Made by a program: the position numbers and the translations under genes. Source: a virus. Taken from it: a stretch of DNA of 51,094 nt. Below, in pieces: positions 40,930-49,061 of the stretch (position 1 is the first letter of the stretch; every line of letters begins with the position of its first letter). The notes under the pieces are model-generated. The model was given only the letters and a program-made list of their open reading frames with translations. It was not told the DNA's origin and did no database searches. The DNA lies in IMG/VR virus record IMGVR_UViG_3300027651_000002, positions 1-51,094 of that record; one strand, written 5' to 3'.

Positions 40930-41153
40930 CAGTGCTTCTGCCCGCGGTGATCGAGGTACGATCGACGGAGCGCCTCGCGGATGATGCGCTCCCGTTCCGG
41001 AGTTGCGTCGCGCACGGGAACGGCGATCGCCGCCGTGTACACGCCTATTCCGCCAGACCGCTCGCAGCGGCAGATGACCTCGAAGATGTATTCGGTCTCT
41101 CCTGTCGTCGGGGATCTGTCCCGCAGCTTGAAGATCTCCACTTCCTTCGCCAT
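40929..41153 (-). CDS. small protein (74 aa)
   Basis: The ATG overlaps the TerL stop by 1 nt. Confidence 0.5.
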   Translation of the reverse strand: MAKEVEIFKLRDRSPTTGETEYIFEVICRCERSGGIGVYTAAIAVPVRDATPERERIIREALRRSYLDHRGQKH

Positions 41154-42535
41154 CAGATCCTCCGCTTCGGCATGTCCACGCCGCTGGGCAACCCGTCGTA
41201 CGACGCCGACGGCCGTGCGAGCACGTCGTACGCAGCTGCGAGAGCGTCCACCTGGTCGTCCTTCGGGTCGTCGATTCCGGTGAAGCTGACCACTTCCGAC
41301 ACGAACGCGTCCGCCCACGGCGCCTTCTCGGGCACCAGCACCTTGCCGGCGTTCCAGGCTGCGGCGACCGGCTGGGCGCGGACGAACTTGTCTCCGCGGG
41401 CCAGCTCGGGGGTGACGCCGAGCAATTCGGCGGTGCCTTCCTCGGTAGTAGAAGTGTACCAGCGCGACTTCCGGATGCTGTACGTCTTTCTGAGCGAGTC
41501 GAGCACGGCCTTGAAGGGCTCGGTCTTGACCTGGTGCCGCTGCACTTCCCGCAGGTAGTAGAGGCCGCCGAGCTCCACCAGCACCAGGCCGACGGAGTAG
41601 TTGGCGTGCGTCTTCGCGCTGTAGGCGCAGTCGACTCCGAGCGCGACGCGGGATCCGTTCCAATTGATCGACTTCGGGTCGTAGAGGTGCACGTCTCCGA
41701 AGACGGCGCCGCCCTTGGTCCGCGGCTCGCCCTGGTAGAGCGATGCCCAGTCGTACTCGCCGAGTTCCTCGCGCAGCGTCGTCAGGAACGAGAGCGGGCG
41801 CTGTTCGGGCCAGAGCGCCTTGCCGTGCTCGTCGATGGCCGGTAGCCGGATCTTCGTCCAGCCGCGGTCGATCATCCGGCCGGCGAGGTCGTCGGTATGC
41901 CATCGGGTGGCGACCACGATCGCGGAGGCGCTGGGGTGCATGCGCGTCCGGGCGACGCTGCGCATCCAGTCATCAGCTCGCTGGCGGTAGACGCCGGACT
42001 CGGCCTCCAGGCGGTTCTTGTGCGGGTCGTCGACGATCAGGCATCCGTCGACCGGCTCACCTGTAAACCCGGCTCCTGTCCCGGTGGAAAACAGCGATCC
42101 TCCGTACTCGTTCGTCCAGAACTTGCGCGTGCCGGTGGTGTGGAACCCGGCGCGGGCGGCGAGCTGCCGGGTCGCGTCGCTGATCTTGTCCGCGCGATCT
42201 GTCTCGTACGTCGCGTAGGCGTGGCGACGTTTCGGGTTCTGCTGCATGAGCCAGACGATGGCGTGCTCGCAGAGGAACGTCTTCCCGTGCTGCGGCGGCG
42301 TCGAGACCACGAACAGGCCCGGCGTCTCCAGCGTGCTCTCGATTGCGTCGACGAGCGGCTGCAGATGCCTCGGGGTGCTCAGGTCCGGCGAGATCCGTGG
42401 GATGAACTCCAGCAGGCCTTCGGTGCAGCGGTGCAGCTCGGTGCGTTCGGCGTCGGAGAGCTGGGCGATGATGCGCAGCTGCTCTTCGTCGGACTTCGCA
42501 GCGAGGACCTTCGCGATCGCCTTCGCGGTGGTCAC
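41153..42535 (-). CDS. terminase large subunit
   Basis: Walker A PPQHGKT, Walker B CLIVDDP, ATRWH, nuclease-half pattern. Confidence 0.9.
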   Translation of the reverse strand: MTTAKAIAKVLAAKSDEEQLRIIAQLSDAERTELHRCTEGLLEFIPRISPDLSTPRHLQPLVDAIESTLETPGLFVVSTPPQHGKTFLCEHAIVWLMQQNPKRRHAYATYETDRADKISDATRQLAARAGFHTTGTRKFWTNEYGGSLFSTGTGAGFTGEPVDGCLIVDDPHKNRLEAESGVYRQRADDWMRSVARTRMHPSASAIVVATRWHTDDLAGRMIDRGWTKIRLPAIDEHGKALWPEQRPLSFLTTLREELGEYDWASLYQGEPRTKGGAVFGDVHLYDPKSINWNGSRVALGVDCAYSAKTHANYSVGLVLVELGGLYYLREVQRHQVKTEPFKAVLDSLRKTYSIRKSRWYTSTTEEGTAELLGVTPELARGDKFVRAQPVAAAWNAGKVLVPEKAPWADAFVSEVVSFTGIDDPKDDQVDALAAAYDVLARPSASYDGLPSGVDMPKRRI

Positions 42536-42765
42536 GCAGACGAGTCGGGCACTTCCGCTGGGAGCGCCTTCAGCACGTCGTCGAAGTGCAGCGCTTCCTT
42601 GAGGTTCACGCCGGGGTCGGTCGCCGCGATCACCGCGACGCGCCCGTTGCAGAAGTCGTTGCCCGCCACGGCGTCGTACAGGATGCCGATCATCGGCGGT
42701 CCGTAGCTCGGGAACACCACGACCTTGTCGCCGTTCTTCGCCTCACGTCCGTTCTTGTAGTGCAT
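42532..42765 (-). CDS. hypothetical protein (77 aa)
   Basis: ORF track. ATGA overlap with TerL. Confidence 0.55.
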   Translation of the reverse strand: MHYKNGREAKNGDKVVVFPSYGPPMIGILYDAVAGNDFCNGRVAVIAATDPGVNLKEALHFDDVLKALPAEVPDSSA

Positions 42766-42768
42766 GGG

Positions 42769-42942
42769 CTACCCCGCAAGGCGGCGCGCGGCCGCGGTGA
42801 ACTCGCCGAGCACCTGCCGACGCACGTCGCTACCGAATGGCCGTCTCGGCACCAGGCACGGCGCCGCGGAGACCTGCGTCTCGACCTGCTCTCGCTTGGG
42901 ACGACGGACGCGGATGACGGGCGGGTAATGGGTGAGGTTCAT
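42769..42942 (-). CDS. hypothetical basic protein (57 aa)
   Basis: ATG at 42942 overlaps the upstream stop. Confidence 0.4.
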   Translation of the reverse strand: MNLTHYPPVIRVRRPKREQVETQVSAAPCLVPRRPFGSDVRRQVLGEFTAAARRLAG

Positions 42943-43181
42943 CCGTCGATGCGGCGTGGAAAGCGCGGGTGCTGCAGGCAAGGAAAGGTGGAGTCGCAGG
43001 TGCAGGCCGGGATGAAGACGCTGGCGCTGTGCTCAGCGACGAGACGCATGATCTCTTGGAGGCTAGCGTCGACATCGATCGCGCTGTGCTCAGCGACGAG
43101 ACGCATGATCTCTTGGAGGCTAGCGTCGACATCGATCTTCGTCCGGTCAGGGAGAGTGATCGTCGCCTTCATAGGCACCAC
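42939..43181 (-). CDS. hypothetical protein (80 aa) containing an in-frame perfect 19-codon duplication
   Basis: ORF track. IDVDASLQEIMRLVAEHSA occurs twice. Confidence 0.5.
   Translation of the reverse strand: MVPMKATITLPDRTKIDVDASLQEIMRLVAEHSAIDVDASLQEIMRLVAEHSASVFIPACTCDSTFPCLQHPRFPRRIDG
43024..43137. repeat. perfect tandem duplication, 2 x 57 bp
   Basis: 43024-43080 is identical to 43081-43137 (read directly). Confidence 0.95.
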
Positions 43182-43224
43182 GCGAAGGTGAAGAGCAGCC
43201 AGAGCGCCAGCCGTTCGTGCGGCT

Positions 43225-43443
43225 TCAGCGCGCGTCGACGTCGTCCGGTCCGCATGGAGACCTCGAGGCGGTCCAGCCGTTCGACTTCATTTCGCTAGGG
43301 ATCGGATCGATCCGCTTCCACTGGCACTCGCAGGCGTAGACCGTACCCGCGCGCGCTCCGTCGCTCTGGGCGATGACGCCTTCGGTGCGCACGCCCTCGA
43401 CCGCACCGCGGTCGCAGTTCGGCGTCCAGCACTTCCGCGTCAC
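43225..43443 (-). CDS. Cys-containing small protein (72 aa)
   Basis: GTG at 43443 (GTGA overlap). Confidence 0.45.
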   Translation of the reverse strand: MTRKCWTPNCDRGAVEGVRTEGVIAQSDGARAGTVYACECQWKRIDPIPSEMKSNGWTASRSPCGPDDVDAR

Positions 43444-43541
43444 TTCGTCGCTCCCAGGCGCGCCAGCACGACGCCAGCGGTGACGATGCTCGCCATGATC
43501 AGCGCGAACCAGAGCGCGTCCGGGTTGATGTCGATGCACAC
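43440..43541 (-). CDS. single-TM micro-protein (33 aa)
   Basis: Contains ALWFALIMASIVTAGVVLA. Coupled to the next gene. Confidence 0.35.
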   Translation of the reverse strand: MCIDINPDALWFALIMASIVTAGVVLARLGATK

Positions 43542-43545
43542 GGCG

Positions 43546-43767
43546 TCACGGTCCGTGCTGAGCCTGCCCGGGGCAGTCGCCAGGGAACCCAGCCGTGCAC
43601 TTCAGCATCCGGACGTCGCTCCTGATCTGAGCCACATCCGCAACGACCTGGTCGAGCTTCTCCTGGATGCTTGAGTTCTGCCGCAGCCCCTTCGCCACCA
43701 CACCGCCCGCGCCGATCGCGGCCGCCGCCAACGCAGCGCCCACGGTTTTCCAGGCGCCCACGGTCAT
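43546..43767 (-). CDS. N-terminal TM protein (73 aa)
   Basis: ATG at 43767 with GAGG upstream. Contains WKTVGAALAAAAIGAGGVVA. Confidence 0.5.
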   Translation of the reverse strand: MTVGAWKTVGAALAAAAIGAGGVVAKGLRQNSSIQEKLDQVVADVAQIRSDVRMLKCTAGFPGDCPGQAQHGP

Positions 43768-43774
43768 TGCTGCC

Positions 43775-44023
43775 TCAGTGGTTACGGGTCTCGGCGGCGA
43801 TGCCTTCGAGACGCTCAATCTCTCGCTGGTACCAGGCCAGGGTGTAGATCGGGACGGTCTGAAACGGCGCGGCGCGCAGGCGCGCCAGTTCCTTCCGCAG
43901 CAGTGTCAGTCTGCGCTCCCGTTCGCTCATGTACCCATCCAGCCCGGACACGAGTACGTCACCGACGCTCTCCCACCATGGCGCCGAGTAGCTTGCTCCA
44001 CGGCTTGGGCCGCGTCGTCCCAT
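43775..44023 (-). CDS. hypothetical protein (82 aa; alternative ATG at 43930)
   Basis: ORF track. Confidence 0.45.
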   Translation of the reverse strand: MGRRGPSRGASYSAPWWESVGDVLVSGLDGYMSERERRLTLLRKELARLRAAPFQTVPIYTLAWYQREIERLEGIAAETRNH

Positions 44024-44027
44024 CTCA

Positions 44028-44590
44028 TTACGCGGCGAGGTCGCTGAAGTGCGCTCGCAGTCGAGGAAGGAGTTCCTGCTGCAGTTGCCGGATCCGTTCG
44101 CGGCAGATGCCGTAGCGGTCGCCGATGACGTGCAGCTTCTCGCGCGGGTCGGCCATGAACCTGGACTTGATGATGTCGATCTCGCGGGCAGTGAACCCGA
44201 CCTCGTGCAGCCGAGCCCATATCGCCGCCAGGTGTTCCTCGTGCTCGAGTTCGTCGTGCGCCGACGGTTCGCCGGACTCCAACAGATCCAGGAAGGTCAG
44301 GTCGCAGTCTTCGTTCGTCTCGTTCCGAGGATGTGTGTCCAACGAGAACACTACCGTCGGGACTTCCCCGCCCTGCTTGCGCGCCCAGAGACGAGCACGG
44401 CGTTTGGGCAGCCGGACGATCTGCTCGTTGGCGCCGATGCCGTCATCGAGCATGGCGTTGATCCAGTGCAGCGCTTGTCGCCGTCGCGGGCCAGCCGGCC
44501 GACGCGCACTTCCTCCTCGCGCGTCATCGGCGGGTTGTCTTTGATGGCCTGCCGGATCTGCGGACCGACGTCGAAGCGGGGATCGTTCAT
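44028..44590 (-). CDS. sigma-70-like regulator split over two frames (ORFs 44351-44590 and 44028-44453)
   Basis: The N-terminal ORF has TREEEVRVGRLARDGDK. The C-terminal ORF has the region-4-like FTAREIDIIKSRF...HVIGDRYGICRERIRQLQQELLPRL. The high-GC3 signal moves from one frame to the -1 frame near 44470-44485. Confidence 0.55.
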
Positions 44591-44595
44591 GCTCT

Positions 44596-45081
44596 TCAGT
44601 GCACCTGCGGCTCGGTCTTCGGGTCCACGACGCCGGCCAGCACCTTGATCCGCTGCAGCAGCGCCTCGCGCGTATCGAACGACTTGCCAGCGACGGGGGC
44701 CACGTTGTCCGGCTGGTTCAGCCCGGCGTAGTGCAGGAGCAGGTTCGCCGCCTTGAGTTGCCGGTCGTGGGCCTTCAGCATGAGCGGGATCTCCCCGATC
44801 GCTGCTGCAGCACGCTCGGCGCGCTGGGCCCTTCGCATGACCCTGGTGACGGCCTCGATCGCCGGCAGCAGTTCCTTGCGTAGTTCCTCACGGACGACGC
44901 TCTTCGCGACGTCGGCCATCTCGCTGCGGCGGGCCCGCAATGCCTTGCGCACCGATCCGGAACTCACCTCGATCTTGTGCTCGGTCCACAGCCACTGCGC
45001 GATCTCGGAGCTGTCCTTGCCCTCATTGCAGAGCCGGAGCATCTCGGTCTTCAGGCCTGGCGGAATCTTCCTGATGCTCAT
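44596..45081 (-). CDS. HTH plus coiled-coil protein (161 aa), TerS-like architecture
   Basis: ATG at 45081 (ATGA overlap). Contains LCNEGKDSSEIAQWL...SGSVRKAL. Confidence 0.5.
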   Translation of the reverse strand: MSIRKIPPGLKTEMLRLCNEGKDSSEIAQWLWTEHKIEVSSGSVRKALRARRSEMADVAKSVVREELRKELLPAIEAVTRVMRRAQRAERAAAAIGEIPLMLKAHDRQLKAANLLLHYAGLNQPDNVAPVAGKSFDTREALLQRIKVLAGVVDPKTEPQVH

Positions 45082-45401
45082 GCTCGCCCGCCGCGCAGGA
45101 TGCGAATGACCTTGTGCCGCCGCCGCTCGCTCATCGCGAACGCGGTTGCCTTCCAATTCGTCGCCGACGCCTTGGCGATGCGGGCCGCGTCGAGCGACTC
45201 CGCCTCCGCCTGCGCCTTGCTGACCGCGTCCAGGAACTCGCGATGCGGCCCGATCCGTTCCTCTTTGCCGGCCTCGATGTAGGCCCGCATCAGCGCCTGG
45301 TCGACGCCGACTGCGGCTGCGGCGACCTCGAGCGTGTTGCCGACCCGGATCAAGTCGAGCAGTCGCTGCAGCACGTCGCCGGAAAGCTCAACGGCGGGCA
45401 T
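45078..45401 (-). CDS. terminase small subunit-like HTH protein (107 aa)
   Basis: GNTLEVAAAAVGVDQALMRAYIE...FLDAVSKAQAEAE...NWKATAFAMSERR is a pattern common in phage small terminases. Confidence 0.55.
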   Translation of the reverse strand: MPAVELSGDVLQRLLDLIRVGNTLEVAAAAVGVDQALMRAYIEAGKEERIGPHREFLDAVSKAQAEAESLDAARIAKASATNWKATAFAMSERRRHKVIRILRGGRA

Positions 45402-46620
45402 TGGAGACCGACCGCTGGAACCGCTCCCAGCGCTGTCGGATGACGTCGCAGTAGCCGGGATCCTTCTCGATCAGCACGGCCTTGCGACCGAGGCGCTCGG
45501 CGGCGATCAGCGTCGAGCCTGAGCCGCCGAACGGGTCGAGTACGATGTCGCCGGTCTTGGTGCTGTTGCGGATGGAGCGTCCGATCAACTCCGGCGGCTT
45601 CATCGTCGGGTGCTCTGGGTTTCGCGCTGGGCGCTCGAACTCCCAGACCGTGTCCTGAGTGCGATCCTCGAGCGCCAGATGCGCGGCGCCTTCCTTCCAG
45701 CCGTAGAGGATCGGTTCGTGCCGCCAGTGGTAGTCCTGCCGACCCATCACGAAGCGGTCCTTCACCCAGATCAGGCACTGCGCGAGCTTCCACCCGGTCT
45801 CGCGGACAGCGGCGCGGAAGTTCTCTCCCTCGCGGTCGGCGTGCGCAATGTAGAAGGCCGCGCCAGGACGCATTCCTCCGTCAATGGCAGCGAAGGCAGA
45901 CCGTAGGAACGCCCGGAACGTCGCGCTGTCCATCGAGTCGTTCTCGATGACCTTGCCGCCGATCTTCAGCCGCTCCGCTGGCGTGAGCGCATGCGAGCCT
46001 CCGACGATCGCGGCGTTGTACGGAGGGTCCGTCCACAGTAGGTCCGCTTTCTTGCCGCACAGCGCCAATTCCAACGACTCAGCCGCCGTGCTGTCGCCGC
46101 ACACCAGCCGGTGGGGCCCAAGCTCGAAAACCTGCCCAAAAGCGCTGTCCGGGGCGGACGGAGGCTCAGGAATCGAATCCTCGCGGACGTCCTGGAGCCG
46201 TCCAGCCTGCAGATCGGCCAGTATCTGGTCGATCTCTTGCTGGTCGAACCCGGAGGCGGCCAGGTCGGCGTCTTCGGCCTTGAGCTGCTCGAGCACGCGG
46301 CCTAGCGCGGTGCCATCCCACTCGGCGGTCTCGGCGGTCCGGTTGTCTGCCAGAGCCAGCAACTGAGCCTGGGCGGCGTCGATGTCCAAATAGCGGACCG
46401 GGACCGGATCGATCCCGAGTTGCAGCGCGGCGCGCAGCCGGGTGTGCCTGGCGATGATCTGGCCGTTCGCCTTGCGCGCGACGATCGGCGCGCCGAAGCC
46501 GAAGCGGCGGATCGACTCGGCCACCTTCTCTACAGCCGCATCGTTCTTGCGCGGGTTCTGCGCCCACGGCTTCAGCTTCTCCAGAGGCACCCACTCCGCG
46601 GCTGGTTCTGTTGGAGTCAC
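45388..46620 (-). CDS. ParB-like nuclease domain fused to DNA methyltransferase (N6-A / N4-C type)
   Basis: N-terminal KPWAQNPRKND (ParB box), TDPPYN (motif IV) and DPFGGSGST (motif I). Confidence 0.85.
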   Translation of the reverse strand: MTPTEPAAEWVPLEKLKPWAQNPRKNDAAVEKVAESIRRFGFGAPIVARKANGQIIARHTRLRAALQLGIDPVPVRYLDIDAAQAQLLALADNRTAETAEWDGTALGRVLEQLKAEDADLAASGFDQQEIDQILADLQAGRLQDVREDSIPEPPSAPDSAFGQVFELGPHRLVCGDSTAAESLELALCGKKADLLWTDPPYNAAIVGGSHALTPAERLKIGGKVIENDSMDSATFRAFLRSAFAAIDGGMRPGAAFYIAHADREGENFRAAVRETGWKLAQCLIWVKDRFVMGRQDYHWRHEPILYGWKEGAAHLALEDRTQDTVWEFERPARNPEHPTMKPPELIGRSIRNSTKTGDIVLDPFGGSGSTLIAAERLGRKAVLIEKDPGYCDVIRQRWERFQRSVSNARR

Positions 46621-46886
46621 GCGGCTTGCGCGTCTTCGTACGCGTCGAGGTTCAGCATGCTGTCCACCAGATCAGGGGCCATGGTCCGCAGCTGCTCGAA
46701 AGTCACAACAGCTGCAAACCGCTCACCCGCCCCTTGTGGAGCGATGCCGAATTGACGCAGCACGGTACGGACCCGTTTCCGGTTCCAGATCTCGCGCTGG
46801 TCCTGTGGCCGCGTCTTTTCGTACTCGTTCAGCAGGTTTACGAGATCGCGCAGCCTGAAGAAGGGTCGGGCAACGAATCTTGGCAT
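46617..46886 (-). CDS. hypothetical protein (89 aa), first gene after the late regulatory region
   Basis: ORF track. Confidence 0.55.
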   Translation of the reverse strand: MPRFVARPFFRLRDLVNLLNEYEKTRPQDQREIWNRKRVRTVLRQFGIAPQGAGERFAAVVTFEQLRTMAPDLVDSMLNLDAYEDAQAA

Positions 46887-46926
46887 GCTCCCTCAGCGGG
46901 CGGCATGCCCGATCGCCAGCCTGCCT

Positions 46927-46980
46927 CCCTATATAGGGTGCTGTCACGCACGGAACAGATCGGACCAGATCTGACCAGAA
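46927..46980. promoter_or_regulatory. 12-bp palindrome CCCTATATAGGG plus three tandem 10-bp repeats
   Basis: Palindrome at 46927-46938. Repeats are CGGAACAGAT, CGGACCAGAT and CTGACCAGAA at 46951-46980. The only long non-coding gap in the minus-strand operon. Confidence 0.5.
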
Positions 46981-47075
46981 CGCGGCGCGTCATCCTCTGG
47001 CGCGCGAGGCGGCTCTGGTACAACAAGCTGGCTGGCTGGAATGGCGCCGTGGACCCTGACGGAGCCTGGCGGACC

Positions 47076-47792
47076 CTACGCCGCGTCCCGCGCCGCGCGC
47101 CGGACGCGCTCTGGGACGCGCACGATGGCGGTCCTGTACTGAGCGATGGCCTGCGCCTCGAGCAGCTCGCACTGCTGGGCGATGACCCTGGAGAGATCGC
47201 GTTCTGCCGCTGTGCAACCGCCGTCAGGACCGAGGCGGATGCCGAGCTGGTCGGTCCAGCTGGCGATGCCGCGGCGGGTGCGCGCGGCCTTCCACGCGTC
47301 CAGCGCCGCCGGCACCAGGTGGGCGAGGTTGCCGGGCCCGCGCGCGGGATTGAGGCGGATGCCGATCGCGGCGTTGATCGGGCGACCGCGGCGGGCGGCC
47401 TGGCCGGAGAGACCGAACGGCACGCGCGCGGGCAGGACGAGCTCGCGGAAGCGGAGACGGAGCACCCAGGATGGAGGGGCGGGGCATGTCCAGCGCGGGT
47501 CGCGGCGGGCAGCATGGTTGGCGCCGGCGAGGGCTGCTCGGATGCGCCGTTCGCGGCCGGCGGCGGCGATGGCGTGCCAGTTCTCTTCGGGGGCGGTGCA
47601 GGATGGCTGGCTAGCAGGGACGTGGACTGGATGCGAACGGTTCTCGTCTGGTGGGTTGTTGTGGGCGCCCCATCGTTCGGCTGCGGCCCTGACTTCGGCC
47701 GGCCAGGTGGACTTCAGCGGCCCGACCTCGCTCGGCGCCTGCTCGTAGTACCAGGACAACTCGGCGACGGTTTGCGGGTAGGCGCGCAGCAT
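47076..47792 (-). CDS. hypothetical protein (238 aa), possible late regulator by position
   Basis: ATG at 47792. 20/20 sampled third positions are G/C. Confidence 0.55.
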   Translation of the reverse strand: MLRAYPQTVAELSWYYEQAPSEVGPLKSTWPAEVRAAAERWGAHNNPPDENRSHPVHVPASQPSCTAPEENWHAIAAAGRERRIRAALAGANHAARRDPRWTCPAPPSWVLRLRFRELVLPARVPFGLSGQAARRGRPINAAIGIRLNPARGPGNLAHLVPAALDAWKAARTRRGIASWTDQLGIRLGPDGGCTAAERDLSRVIAQQCELLEAQAIAQYRTAIVRVPERVRRAARDAA

Positions 47793-47796
47793 GGGC

Positions 47797-47997
47797 TCAC
47801 CGCCCAAAGCGAGGCTTGTTGTCCGCGTCGTAGCGCTTGGCGAGGAACGTCTCCGCCGCCTCAAGCGACGCATCCGCCCACACCTTGAACATCTCCGTGG
47901 ACAGCGCCTCCCTTAAATGGAGCACCTCCTCGATGATCGCGTAGTAGACGTGCAGCGCGATCTCGTCTCGCATCTCGCGCATGGTCCTCTCGGCCAC
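47797..47997 (-). CDS. hypothetical protein (66 aa)
   Basis: ORF track. Confidence 0.55.
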   Translation of the reverse strand: MAERTMREMRDEIALHVYYAIIEEVLHLREALSTEMFKVWADASLEAAETFLAKRYDADNKPRFGR

Positions 47998-48000
47998 GCC

Positions 48001-48294
48001 TCACCCCCTCGGCACATCTCCAGGACCCGCCAGCACGATCCCGCTCTGCTGCTGCCGGAAGTACTGCTCCCGCATCCCCGCGAGTTGCCCCGCCACGTTC
48101 GCGTAGATGCCCGCGAGCTGGTGCTGACCGACGAAGCGCAGCTGCCCGATGGTGACCTGGAGGTGCGCCGCCTCGTTGTCCATGATCAGGCAGGCGACCA
48201 GCGTCGGCCAGGCCGCGAACGTCGGCGGGAGTTCGCGCGGGTTCAGATGCGGCGCAGCCGGGACCGGAGGAACGCCGTTGACGGGGTCGCTCAT
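48001..48294 (-). CDS. hypothetical protein (97 aa)
   Basis: ORF track. Confidence 0.55.
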   Translation of the reverse strand: MSDPVNGVPPVPAAPHLNPRELPPTFAAWPTLVACLIMDNEAAHLQVTIGQLRFVGQHQLAGIYANVAGQLAGMREQYFRQQQSGIVLAGPGDVPRG

Positions 48295-48630
48295 CTAGGC
48301 CGCTCCATTCGATGCCGCCTTCATCAGTGCCGGCCGCGCACACTTAAGGCACAGGAACGTGGAGTTCTCGGGTATGCGCACGAGGGCGTCATGGAATGCG
48401 GGGCCGCGGCATTTGCAGCACCGCTTGAGGCTGCTCTCGACGTGGAGGTGATCGATCTCGGTCACACAGAGATAGATCGCCTCCGCGCCCTCGCCGCTGG
48501 TGCCGCGCACCGTCTCTTCCAGCGCCGCCGCCAGGTGCTTTTCGGAGATGCCGACCGAGAAGCCTGGACCGCTCATCGCCACCAAGGCATCGAGCAGATC
48601 AGGCTTCCGCGTGCTGGCCGGGGCTCTCAT
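48295..48630 (-). CDS. Cys-rich hypothetical protein (111 aa)
   Basis: ATG at 48630 (ATGA overlap). Contains CCKCRG...CLKC. Confidence 0.5.
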   Translation of the reverse strand: MRAPASTRKPDLLDALVAMSGPGFSVGISEKHLAAALEETVRGTSGEGAEAIYLCVTEIDHLHVESSLKRCCKCRGPAFHDALVRIPENSTFLCLKCARPALMKAASNGAA

Positions 48631-49061
48631 GCTGCTCCTTGTGCGAGGAGCGGCAAGTCTACCTGCTTTACGTTCCGCGTCCGCTTCTTTTTCGCTGGCG
48701 CCGCCGCGCTCAAGTCCTTCGTCTGTTCGAGCGAGACCGCCTCCTGCCGGACTTGCCAGCGCCCATCCACCTTGCGCCAACTCCAGACCTCGAACCGGTT
48801 GCCGCACAGCAGCCAGGTCTTCAGCCGCGGCTCGGCGAGCGCCTTGGTCCGGCGCGCGGCGTGGTTGTCGCCGGTCGTGCACTGCACACCGAGGGTCTGG
48901 CCGAGCTTCTTGTGGCAGGCGATCACGTCGATGCAGCCGAAGAGGTCGCGCTTGAACATGCGCGGCTTGGGGCCAGGGATGTGGATCTTCTGCTCCACGA
49001 CTTCGGGTATCCAGCCTTCAGAGCGGAGACGGTCTAGCGTGCGCGAGGTGGGGGTGCTCAC
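48627..49061 (-). CDS. PD-(D/E)XK nuclease, Holliday-junction-resolvase-like
   Basis: Contains RLRSEGWIPEVVE...KRDLFGCIDVIA...GVQCTTGDNHAARRTK. Confidence 0.55.
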   Translation of the reverse strand: MSTPTSRTLDRLRSEGWIPEVVEQKIHIPGPKPRMFKRDLFGCIDVIACHKKLGQTLGVQCTTGDNHAARRTKALAEPRLKTWLLCGNRFEVWSWRKVDGRWQVRQEAVSLEQTKDLSAAAPAKKKRTRNVKQVDLPLLAQGAA

